Source: Callorhinchus milii
Lineage: Eukaryota
NCBI RefSeq assembly: GCF_018977255.1
Contig: NW_024704768.1
Span: 3,596,001-3,660,000 of the forward strand
Direction of reading: 5' to 3'
DNA length: 64,000 bases
Shown here: piece after piece, positions 22,761-34,379 of the stretch
How the letters are laid out: the number at the start of each line of letters is the position of its first letter
Numbering within the stretch: the stretch's first letter is position 1
The notes under the pieces: generated by a model
The model's database searches: none
What the model saw: only the letters and a program-made list of their open reading frames with translations
What the model was told of the DNA's origin: nothing
Translations under genes and position numbers: made by a program

Positions 22761-25700
22761 TCACAACTCCGAAAACAGTTCTCGGGACGAGCTGCCATTA
22801 CTCCGGAACAAGGCAGGGCTGCGCCCAGGGCTTGGCCGGGACATCTGAGCGCTTACAAAGTAAAAAGGGATATTTGAGATTCTGCCAGTCGACCAACCCT
22901 AAAAAAAAGGGAAAAGGCGAAAGGAAAAACTCTGCTTAGTACGGCAGAACATTACAGAACACAAACGGGTCCATTGAGGTTAAGGTTACATTGGTGTTTC
23001 TCCCCCCACAAGCTATCCAGTCTAATCCCACCGGCCACTCACTTCCAATGCCCTTTAATATTCCCCCTCTTCAAATATCCATCTACTTCAGCTTCAAAAT
23101 AACGTATGGACTCTGCATTCACACACACGCGCACACGCATTATTGCCAGCAAATCAACGCACCCTCACGCTTCTTTTTATTTATAAACTACTCGCTCAGT
23201 TATTCTGATTTACATTCCCGTTCGTTCGCAGGATCACCTTAGTCCCCACCGCTAGTCGCGTAGCATTAATGTCTCAAATCGCATGCCTTTTTTTTAAAAA
23301 AAAACAAGCAAAGAAAGCGGGAAAGGGAGGTGTTGTTATGGTGGTGACCAAATTCATCGTAGAGGTAGGTTTTTAAAAAGGAGTGCTTGGAAAGCAGAGG
23401 TGAACAGATTTGGAGAGGGAGCTCCAGAGAGGAAGGATGTAGAGGCCGAGGCATGGCTGTTGACAGTGGGCGGACAGGCGAGGGATATGAAGGAGGCCTA
23501 AGTTTGAAAAGCAGGTATTATAAATAGAATGTCAATGCCAGCAGTTCCTTACCACAGTGAGCAGGGCTCCCTTCTTGAAGTTGGGATGGAAGCTGAGGAA
23601 CTGCGGTTCAGCATCAATCTCGCCCTGAATAAAACCACTGGGAGACAAGAACACACACTCGAGTCAGTTGCAAAGCAAACACGATTTTAAGATTTAATGC
23701 GTGATCTGAAGGACAACATCTGACAAACACAACACGCCTCACAATACTACAGTGGAGTGTCAGACTGGACTTTAAGCTCGTCTGGATTTTAGTCGAGAGA
23801 ATGGAGCCATTTGATGGATCATGGCTTTTTTTAAAAAGTAACCCCTTTTAAATGAATTCCCTCTTTTTCCATTATCTTGTAAATTTTTAAAAAAAACTAC
23901 TCAAACACTCACTCACAAATATACAGTCAATTCACTTTCCAGTATATACTGTGAAGCGTTTTGAGATATCTAGAAGACGTGAAAAGTCCTATATCAAATG
24001 CAAGTATTATTGCTACTCAGGTGCTTACCCAGGTCCCTGTTGAACCAGTTGTTTGTGGTAATACAGTAAACATCACATAAGTCACATCAGTTGGAACCAT
24101 ATATTTAATATAACATATGCAAAGTGAGTTATGTTAAACTTGCATAGAATATAAACTCTTGAACAGGACTTGGGCATCTGCAACTCAGGCCATTATATGA
24201 TTTATACTTCTGTGAGTTTTACTGGAATATTTCAACACCCGAACAACCCCTGTATTGTGTTAGAAAGAAACCAACTTGCAATTTAAGACTGAACAAAAAA
24301 ATTGTCCACAATGAATAATAATCCTTGTTTTGGGTACTGCGCTTTTCCTGTCAAGAGGACATCTCAAAGCCCTTCATAGGATTCACTGCAAATTGTAGTG
24401 ACTGCGTTATGTATGCACAATTCTGGGTAACCTTCAAATATTTTAAGACAAAATGATCTTCCAAGGTAAAACTAAGAGGTGCTTCGAGTCTCTGAACCGC
24501 AGTACATACCAGGGCAGGAGTTCGAACACAGGGCTGACGTTGGTTTTGAAGACTGCAACTAAGGTTTTGCTTTCTACATTAGTTGGGTCACCTGGGGTGG
24601 GGGAAGAGAAAGAAAGAAGACAAAAAAATAAAGTACACGGGCAACAAACACATACAAACAACCCTTTCACCCAAGTCAGAATAATTTCCAGCCTGCCACG
24701 AGAACTACCAAGCTCTGTACGGGTCAGTGTGATGTCTTTGCAGAACGGTTAATGTGCGGGTGAGTGAATGGTCCAATTACCTCGGAGAATAACTGCAAGT
24801 CTCTCACCGCTTGGGTCCCACACCATAGACTGCACCTCCCCTCCGACCCTGACAAAGACATCCATCAAAGCTCAAGTATAAACCTTTCGGTTGAAAATAA
24901 AAAACATTCAGGGGAATATCTGACATCAACTCTCCTCCCTTCCACCCGTAGGACACTCAGAACCATAGAAATTTAAAGCGGAGAAGACAGCCATTCGCCC
25001 AGGGCAGGTTCTTTTAAAGAGTGGATTAAAGAACAGAATTGGTGCCAGTTTTACCCTTGCTTGCAACACGAAGAGGCGCATTCTACCATTGACCACATTG
25101 CTCCTCTGCAGGGCCAGGTGGACGGATAAACAACCTGCAGTCAGAAACGTGCTTACCTAATTTCAGCCTGCTCGATCTCAAAGGTAGTCTTGGATAAGTC
25201 AGCACAAATCAAAGCTGTTTTTGAGCCCCCAACTTTTCCCAGTAATTCCCCTAAAAGCAGCGATGAAGAGTTGTTCAAAGTCAATTACCGCTATAACAAT
25301 GTCCAGCTATTTCACAAACAAAATACAGTCAATCCACTTGAGACGTTTCAACGATGTGATAAGGTGATATCAACTGCAAGGATACCATATTATTATTGCA
25401 GTAAAAAACAGATCCAATAGGTAGAGGCACTAAACAAATAACATTTGTATAACGCCTTTCACATCAGGAGGACATCCCAAAGCGCTGGACAGTCAGGCAT
25501 CTGACCTGAGCTGGTGGTTGGGAACAGGAAGGGTGGAGAGCAAGGAGGGTAGGGCTAGGAGAGTGACCGAAGGCACAATCGAAGAGGAGGGTCTTGAGAC
25601 GGGTCCTGAAACCCGGGTAATAAACACAACAACGGCACTTATAAAGAAACCAATTTCCAAGTTACAACTAAATTCAAGAAATTTCCACAATTCTTTGCAA

Positions 25701-28700
25701 TCTTAAAATTTGAAGGCAAAATGTTTCACAGGCTACAATTAGATAGAACTTATACCAGCTATCGGGCATAGCTTGGAGCAAAAGCCCCTATTGCAGGGGA
25801 AACCAATGCTAAAACTGTTTGACATTCAGTGTAAGTTACTAGTTCTGAGAAACTGGAAAGGGTATCCTTTTCTGTCAGCGCTAAAATTTCAAACCTACCA
25901 GTGTCCAAGAACGTCAGTAAATAAATCACAGATTCGCCTTCCACTGTGAACAATAAGTGGGTCCCATCCGGGCTCCAGCACCCTGTCTAAAACACAGCAA
26001 GACAAAGACGCACAGCGGGGGAAATCTCACATCAAAACTAAGTTAGAACAAATTCAGTTTCTGGTTAAAAAAAAAAAATTAGGCCTTTCTGTTCGAGCAC
26101 GTACCTGGCACTGCCCATTCAGTGTCGGCCAACGCTCACAGGTCCACGTGCGAGTTTCCCAGACCCTGTAATAAAGGAGAGAACATCGTAGAATATAGAA
26201 TCCTACAGCACTGAAGGCCATTTGGCCGATTGTGCCTGCTCTTTGAAAGAGCAATCCAATTAGTTCCACTTCCCCTCTCTTTCCCCACAGCCTTGCAATT
26301 TTTTTTTCTTTTCAAGTACATCTCTAATTCCCATCTGAAACTTATTATTGAATCTACTTCCACCACCCTTTCAGGCAGTGCATTCCAGATCTAAACAACT
26401 CGCTGCACACAAAAAATTCTCTTCATCTTCCCGCTGGTTCTTTTGCCAATTACCTTAAATCTGTGTTCCCTGGTCACAGACCCACTCACCTGTGGAAGCA
26501 GATTCTCCTCCTTTTTTTAAACAGATTCTCCTCATAGTTTTGAACGCCTCTATTAAATCTCTCCTTAACATTCTCTGCTCTAAGAAAAAGAATCCCGGCT
26601 GCTCACTCTTGATCACTACGTTTCACAACCGTGTACCGCTGAATCCCTTCATAAGCTCCCTCTAGATACAACTATAAGCAGCTTTAGCATATTTAAAATG
26701 CCTCCTGAAAGTAGTCCCATTATTCCCAGCTAATGTTCCAGCTTATCCCTTTCAGCACCCACCTGAAGACTGAAGATGGGGTGGTGGCCAGCACTCGATT
26801 TCCATCGGGGGACCAGGCTAGATACGTGACCCCTCCACCTCCAACTCGCTGCAATGGCACACAGATCTCAGTGGCGACATCCCAAATCTTTGATGGGGGG
26901 GAAAAAATAAACACAAGCACACATTAGGCCATTAAAACAAACAAACAAAAAACATTTATAGTACAGATACCTATTGAATCAAAATCTCAAAACATGACAG
27001 TAATTTCTGATAATTAACCTTTTTTGTGGTAGCCATTGGTGGTAGCAATTTGCACACGGTAAAATCCCACACAGTCGAACAGTGAATAATCTAGAGAACA
27101 GTGGTTAATCTAGAGAACTGTTGGCCCAGACACTGGGAGAAATGCCCATCTCTTCCCTCCCTCCTTCACACCACCCACCTCCATGTTGTCCACCTGAACA
27201 AGGAGATTGAGCCTTGGTTTGATGTCTCATTGGAGAATCAGTATCTCTAACATTCGGTTGGGAGAATTTCATGGATACACAAGAAGAAGAAAAAAATGAC
27301 ATGTGTATAGCGCCTTTCACGTGAAAAGCACTAGACAGTCAAGGATATGCTGAGGGTTGGAATCAGGAGGGCAGGGAGGGTCGGGGTAGGAGGGTGATCA
27401 ACCACACGTCGCCCTTAACATGTCTGTCTCAGCTTCTTACCAGCATCGAAGTGTCGACTGGTGATGCAGACAGAAGCAGCCCTCCTTTGGGGCACCAGGC
27501 AAGCGAGGTCACAGGGCAGTGGCCGGGGTGAGAGAGAACATGTGCGCAGCCAGAGGAAGGCCTGAAATAGAGGGAAAACAAAGCTCAGATTTCAGTCTCC
27601 AAATTACAACTGTTCAACAGCAACAACTTGCTCTTATGTAGTGCCGTTCACATAGAAGAATGTCTCAAAGTGCTTAAGAAAATTTCCATGCAAAATTGAA
27701 CACCATGTCTCACGTCTGCCCAAGTTAGAACATGTAAACGCATCAGCGATTGAGCTTTAGCTAAGGGGACTTTGGTTCTAAATGGTAAGGATAGCTCTGT
27801 AGTCAAGATTAGTTAGATGCACACTACACCAAAGGACATTATAATGGTTCCCCCTGTACCTGGTGGAGAGGGAGGTGGGATCTACCTGCCAGACCAGGAT
27901 GCAGCTCTGGCATCCCACAGCCAGCACAGAGGCACACAGGGGTTTCCACGCCAACGCTGCTACGTTCTTTTGCAGCCGGTGTTTCAGTGTCGGTACCGTC
28001 TCACTGGAAGGAATAAATATACATGTTTTTTTTTCATAGATTCATAGGTTCATAGAATGTTACGGCACAGAAGGAGGCCATTCGACCCATCGAGTCTGTG
28101 CAGGCTCTTTGACAGAGCAAGTCACTTTCACTAACCCTAATCACCAGCTTTCTCCCCATAACCCTGCAAACCCGTCTTCCCCCGATACCTATCCAGTTCT
28201 CTCTTAAAAGCTGTTATCGAATCGGACTTCACTGCCCTTTCAGGCAGATCATTCCAAATTCAATTGAGAGTCAACACACACACTGCACACAACGAAGGAC
28301 AAGCATAATCACCTTTGAGAATTATAAACACGGATGGAATCGTCTAGCAGAGCCACTGCAAACTTATCAGTGTGCGGATGCCAGGCAAAGGCACGCAGAG
28401 AGCACCCCGTCCTGCAAGAGACAGAGCACAGACACCTAAGTCACACAGGGATCTCCACTGGCCACTTAACCCCTGCTTCTATTCAGCAAATAAAGAGGTA
28501 ATAATACATGCATTTGATATATTGCCTTATCATGTCTTTGAGATATCTCAAAGTGTTTCACAGAATATTGTAACTGCAATGAGGCTTTTAAAGATGGATA
28601 GAAGGGTGGGGTTGGCATAATAATATAGCTTGTAAATTAACAACTTATCGTTTCTCCTTGGTCCTCCACAATTAAACTCCCGCCAGCGTCACTCTTGTCC

Positions 28701-30454
28701 TCCCACTAAACTCCCTCCTGCTCTACCCGTATCCCAGTCGGAGTCTACAATTCACACCTTTGTGTGAAAATAGGAACTCACCAATCGGTTACCTGGGAGA
28801 ATTTTGCCACCATGTTCTCGCTGCTGAGCTGAAAAGAAACAAGGCGAAACCTTTAACCCGACTGAGTAAGCTTCGATTTGAACATTACCTTGAAGCATCG
28901 GCGGAGATACGTACCTTGAGGTGGGGCGACAATGAACCGTGAAAGGCTCTGGCCCAGCGGGCCACAGCCAGGGTACAGCAGGACAAAGCCTTGAGCCATT
29001 TGGGCACTAAGATTAAAAACAAAATGGGAGTCAGTTCAACACAGCGACTATCAAAAGCACATTATGTACCACGTGCACCCGTCAGCATACTGCAAACCAA
29101 TCTTTCTACAAGAAGGCACGACGGCCTGAATGACCTGCTTCTGTCCTGAAAAATTCAGAATCTATTCTATAAAATGGGCTGCCTTGTTCGCCTACCAATT
29201 TATAGTCACTATAGTTATCTGCAAAGTACTTTGTTACCTTAACATTATGGCGCGGCTGTCAAATGCAAGGAATTATTATTTATCGCTTTGCTGTGCAATA
29301 GCATCACAATAGAGAAATTACCTTCATCAGGCGAGTTAGTTATTTCATCTAGTAATCCGTAAAGTCCTGAATCATGCCTGGAAATAAGAGGGAGACACAG
29401 AGGGTCAGTTGATGGTTATTTGAGGCTGGGATCAGTCTCTTCATAGTATGAAGACAATGTCAGCTAGGGTGAGAAAACCCCACTACCTATGTTCCCAAAT
29501 CAGATCTTTGTCAGAAAAGTGTCTGTGGTGCCCAGTACAACCAGTCATTATTCTTCAGCAACAAATATTCCAACAGTTCCCATGCACTTTAGTCCAAAGG
29601 AAACTCAGAATGGGATTGTACGTACCAAGCATTAGCACTGCGTTTCCAGACAGGCTCACGGTGATGGATGAATGCTGCTTTGGCGCTGTGCTCCAGGCGG
29701 CAATGAGGCTTCAGAGACTCTTTTCGAATGAGCACAGACGGAAAGCCCAATGTCTTTAAAAAAAACAGATAGCATTAACAGCCTCCTACAACACCAGATT
29801 TACATTTAAACCAAACTGCAGACATGCAAAATACTGTTGGCAAAAGTCTCTAAGAAGAAAAACGGGACAACTAATAATACTTGTAATGAATATGGTACTG
29901 ATAGCATCAAAACACTTGAGAATTCCTATCAAATGTAGACTGTGCAACACAGTCTGAGCAGATGAACAGTACTACATAATTGCAGCAATAGTCTGTTTTT
30001 AAAATTAATGTTTGTTTCCAGTACCTACTGAAAGGCGATAAATAATAATCCTTGTATTTGATATAGCGCATTATCACATCTTCCAACCGTCTCAAAGCAC
30101 TTCACAGAATAATAATACCAATCCTTGCATTTGATATAGCGCTTTTCACGTCGGGAGGACGTCCCAAAGCGCTTCACAGGACACACTGTAAAGTGAATTG
30201 ACTGTATATTTAGTGGGCAAAGCACAGCGGTGTTTACTGTGTGGGCCATAAAAGAAGAAAATGCATTTGGTTAGCCACCACTGGGCTGAAGTCTCTGTGG
30301 CTCCAGGTCGAACGAAGGGCGCAGCACACACCTGGGCCTGAAAGTTGTAAACCTCTTCGTCATTCTGCAAGCCACTGACCAGCTCGTTGTTCAGCTCGTA
30401 CAGGGTGATGTGACCCTCACAGAGCGGTGGAGGAAACAGGTCCAGGGAGCACAT
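22761..30454 (-). CDS. AAAS: Aladin WD-repeat nucleoporin, 16 coding exons, ~516 aa
   Basis: Exons (minus) 30454-30332, 29753-29626, 29377-29322, 29006-28915, 28828-28782, 28411-28313, 28003-27860, 27561-27441, 26887-26763, 26165-26105, 25986-25899, 25250-25157, 24848-24781, 24591-24510, 23637-23553, 22898-22761 in frame (1551 nt). [10 protein letters not shown]...LYELNNELV; [23 protein letters not shown]; [12 protein letters not shown]; GWSTGRI. Candidate AATAAA at 21731-21726. Confidence 0.97.
26190..26600 (-). mobile_element. CR1-type LINE 3' fragment
   Basis: tagaatcctacagcactgaaggccatttggccgat...ccctttcaggcagtgcattccagat...accttaaatctgtg. Confidence 0.7.
28040..28260 (-). mobile_element. 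CR1-type LINE 3' fragment
   Basis: (ttcatag)n tail then gcacagaaggaggccattcgacccatc. Confidence 0.7.
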
Positions 30455-30794
30455 CGTCAGACAGAGCCTGTGGGGAAACAGAGGGACAACAAATCACATT
30501 TGTATAGCACCTTTCACTATACATACACACACACACCCACAGAAGTGTATATATATATATACACATCTATATACACACACACACACAACTATATACATCA
30601 CATAACTTTATATATCATATGCAAAGGGTGTTTCGCCCACAAATATGGAGTCAATTCACTTTACAGTATGTTCTGTGAAGTGCTTTGAGACGTCTGGAAG
30701 ACGTGATAAGGCGCTATATCAAATGCAAGGGTTATTATTATTATTATTATTATAATAAACATATATTACAAGGATCATATAGATCTATGATCTA

Positions 30795-30904
30795 TACAGG
30801 GTGACCAAAACAGTCATGGTACCATTGCAATATCTACTAAGTCTTAAAAGAATGTATGACATATTATTTTAGATAATAGGGTAGTTATCAGTTGTCACCC
30901 TGTG
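30795..30904. mobile_element. Candidate Tc1/mariner-type MITE (~106 bp)
   Basis: TA-CAGGGTGAC ... GTCACCCTG-TG terminal inverted repeats around an AT-rich interior. Confidence 0.45.
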
Positions 30905-31079
30905 TGTGCGCGTGAGTGTGTGTATATGTACACACACGTGTACACACACATGTATATACACACCACACATGTACATACATATACTATACACATAAACACA
31001 TGTATTATATATATATTATACACAATCTAGAAAAGAGCCAAATAATCTCTGTATGCAAAATAATTCACTTGAGTATCGT

Positions 31080-31406
31080 GGAGCCCTGTGGCTCAGTGGT
31101 TAGAGCACTCGCTTTGCAAGTGAGAGACCTGAGTTCAATTCCAGGCAGAGGGCGAAACCTTGGACAAGTTTCCTTACTCCACACAGAGCCTAATAATAAT
31201 CCCTCCAAAACCCAAAACAATAATAAATTGGTCATTTTCAATCCACGACTGTTTGTGGGACATTGCTGTGCGCCATCGGCCGCCGCGTTCGCCCACAAAT
31301 ATACAGTCAATTCACTTTACAGTGTGTTCTGTGAAGCGCTTTGGGACGTCCTCCCGACGTGAAAAGCGCTATATCAAATGCGAGGATTGTTATTATTATT
31401 ATTATT
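31080..31406 (+). mobile_element. Same SINE family, full length
   Basis: tRNA-like head ggagccctgtggctcagtggttagagcactcgctttgcaag...gagttcaattcc, Deu-like core, L2-like tail, (TTA)n. Confidence 0.85.
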
Positions 31407-31690
31407 ACACTCGCGGCCACAACATAGTGGGGCGGGGGACACGCACAAAATAATCACGACGCGCTATATATAATAATATAATACACACACACACATATAT
31501 ATATATATACATATAAACCGAGAGAGAGATAAGGGACACACGGGCTCGCAGCCGCTCCTCTCTTAAAAGGCCTCGAGCCGCAGGCTTAGGCGCTGGCCGG
31601 GCTGCCACACAGGCCTGGAGGCGGAGGGGACGTCAAACCCCGTCGCCGCCCGAGTCCGGCCGCCGCCGCCGCCGAGCGACCTGAGTTTAC

Positions 31691-31760
31691 CTCAGTCTCG
31701 AGCGCTGCTCCAGTCAGAGAGCGGCGCCAACCGCCACCAACGGACGAAAACGCTCGCGAC
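31691..31760 (-). other. AAAS non-coding first exon (TSS approximate)
   Basis: Minus donor GAG|GTAAAC at 31691/31690 in a CpG island; the matching acceptor at 30467 is 13 nt before the ATG. Confidence 0.65.
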
Positions 31761-31769
31761 GCCCCGCTC

Positions 31770-31980
31770 TTTTGGCGCTCAAACCCGCCCCTCCCCCGCC
31801 TCCCGACCAATCAGAGGCCCGCGTCGCCAGCGCACCAATCAGCAGGGACTTTGGCTTCAGGCCGGACCGGCCAATGGCAGCAGGGCGGCGTCAGGGCTCG
31901 ACCAATCAGAGGCCAGGACTCGAGAACTGGCCAATCAGAGGCCTCGGGAGGAACTGGCCAATCAGCGCACTGGCCAATCA
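31770..31980 (-). promoter_or_regulatory. AAAS promoter: E2F site, GC boxes, seven CCAAT (NF-Y) boxes
   Basis: TTTTGGCGC 31770-31778; CCCGCCC 31784; CCAAT at 31807, 31835, 31871, 31902, 31931, 31958, 31974. Confidence 0.75.
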
Positions 31981-33299
31981 GGACGCTGTGAGGATGAGTT
32001 GGGGGGGGGGGTGAGGGGGCTGTTGGTCCCTCTCTGTCCAACTGTGGCCTCGGAGATGTTTGTAGGGTCAGGGTATCAAGGGGTCCGGGGCCAAGGCGGG
32101 TGATTGGGGTCGAGGTACACAGATCGGCCGTCACCTGATAGGGCGGCGGAACGAAACAGGCTCGAGGGGCTGAATGGCCTCCTCCTGCTCCCATGTCCCC
32201 CCCCCACCCACCCACCCCCCCAACCCCACCCCCATCCTCCATCGTTGCGCAATGGCGCCCAAGTGCGGGGGCTCCAGTTCCGCCAACACCACCACCCACC
32301 CGTTCGGGCCTCACCGGGCGCCTTCGACGGACAACCATTGGCCACCATTGGCAGCAAAGCCAGGACAACCCCACTGCTACCCCCCCACCCCCACCCCAAC
32401 TCCCAACTGGGGGCGGGGTGGGGGGGTGGTCTCGCCCTCTCAGGCGAGGGTGGTGTGTACTTGTGGGTGGGAAGTGGGTGAATTTCGGGGTGTGATTGCG
32501 TCGGGACGTGTTTGGAGTACCCGTGTGGTGGGTGTCTGTCTGAGGGGGTTATTTGTGAGGGGCGGTTGTGTATGTGTGCGAGGAGTGAGTGAGTGAGTGA
32601 GTGAGGGAGGGAGGGGGGGCATTTGTGTGTGTGTACGGGTGTGGATGAGTGTGTTTAGTGTGAGGGGTGTGGGTGCGCAAGGGGGTACTTGCCTGTATTG
32701 TGCGTGCGCGGCTACGTGTTCGTGAGTGTTGAGCGTAAACGGTGGTACTTGTGCGGTGATAGCGGGTGTGGGGGGGGGGGTAATTCTGTGGGGTGACAAG
32801 TGTTTGGGGAGGGGGAGATATTTGTGTGTGAGGTATATTTATTTGTATGACAATGTGTTCGTGTGGAGCGCGGGCGACTGTGTGTGCGTGGTGGTGGGGG
32901 GGGGGGGGAGAGGTATTTGTGAGTGTGTGGGTTATTATTTGTGACAGTGAGTGTGTGTGTGTGTGGGGGGGGGTATGTGTGTGTGTGAGTGAGTGAGTAT
33001 GATGTGTGGGGGTTGTATGATAGTGGGGGTGGGGGGGGGTGACAGTGTGTAAGGGGATTCCTGTGATAATTTGTGTGTGTGTGTGTGAAAGGGTTATTTG
33101 TGTATATGTGTGTGTGGGGGGGAAGAGTATTTGTGAGTATGTGTGTGAGAAGGGGTATTTGTGTGTGTGTTGGGGGGGGGCAGTATTCGTGTGTGTGTGG
33201 GGGGGGGGGGGGTGGGGGGGAGAGTATTTGCGAGTGTGTATGTGTGGGAGGTGGGGTCACAGTGTATGAGTGTGTGTATGTGAGAATTTGTGTGTGTGT

Positions 33300-34055
33300 A
33301 ACTGTGTGTATGGGTGGGGGGGGGGAGTGCATGTGAGTGTGTGTAAGGAGGGTGTGTGGGTGTGTGTGTATATGGGGGGGGGTTAGTGTGTGAATGAGTG
33401 TATGTGTGAGTGTGTGTGGAAGGGGGGGGTTATGTGAGTGTGTGTGTAGGGTGTAGGGTGTGGGGGGGTGAGTGTGTGTGTGTAAGGGGGGGTGATAGTG
33501 TGTGTATATGGGGGGGGTTATGTGAATGTGTGTGGGGGTGTGTGAGTGTGTGTGTGTAAGGGGGGGTAATAGTGTGTGTATATGGGGGGGGTTATGTGAA
33601 TGTGTGTAGGGTGTGGGGGGTGAGTGTGTGTGTAAGGGGGGGTAATAGTGTGTGTATATGGGGGGGGTATGTGAGTGTATGTATGGGGGGGGGGAGTGTA
33701 TGTGTAAGTGTGTGTGTGTAAGGGGGGGTTGATAGTGTGTGTATATGGGGGGGGTATGTGAGTGTATGTATGGGGGGGGAGTGTATGTGTAAGTGTGTGT
33801 GTGTAAGGGGGGGGGTGATAGTGTGTGTGTAAGTGTGGGGGGGGTGTGAGTGTATGTATGGGGGGGGAGTGTATGTGTAAGTGTGTGTGTGTAAGGGGGG
33901 GTTGATAGTGTGTGTATATGGGGGGGTATGTGAGTGTATGTATGGGGGGGGAGTGTATGTGTAAGTGTGTGTGTGTAAGGGGGGGGGGTGTGAGTATATG
34001 TATGGGGGGGGGAGTGTATGTGTAAGTGTGTGTGTGAAGGGGGGGGGGGGGGGGT
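33300..34055 (+). repeat. G/T-rich higher-order tandem repeat upstream of MAP3K12
   Basis: Recurring gtgtgtgtaagggggggttgatagtgtgtgtatatggggggg / tatgtgagtgtatgtatgggggggagtgtatgtgtaa units. Confidence 0.85.
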
Positions 34056-34119
34056 GTACACCGGGATGCTGGTGCGGGAGGAGTTTGGCCCTTTAAACCG
34101 CAGGGGGTGCGGCACAGCT

Positions 34120-34379
34120 CGGCTCTGGGCGTGTCTGAGGATCGGATCAGCTCAGAGCGGATCGGTGGTGGTTGAGGAGGAGGAGTGGGGGGGTTGTGTG
34201 TGTGTGTGTGTTGGGGTGTGTGTGTGGGTGTGTGTTGGGGTGTGTGTGTGGGTGTGTGTGTGGGTGGGAGCCGGACAATGAAGCTGTGAGCAGCGGTTGC
34301 AGCAGGAGCCAGAGGGGTCGGGGGTGGGGGGGGTGGGGGTGGGGGAGACAAGGCACCACCAAGGAGCCAGGCTGAGCAG
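34120..34379 (+). other. Candidate MAP3K12 non-coding first exon
   Basis: TTTAAA at ~34092, CpG-containing unique sequence, strong donor CAG|GTAAGA at 34379/34380. Confidence 0.5.

Noticed and set aside
25862-25870. GTATCCTTT, a perfect U12 donor on the + strand
   Set aside because: Antisense within an AAAS intron, with no + strand exon or matching branch point seen.
31080-31150. tRNA-Ala(TGC)-like sequences (also ~5225-5280, 15547, 19413, 40127, 40326, 62661)
   Set aside because: They lack a paired acceptor stem and, except for the isolated head at ~5225, run straight into SINE body and tail. These are SINE heads, not tRNA genes.
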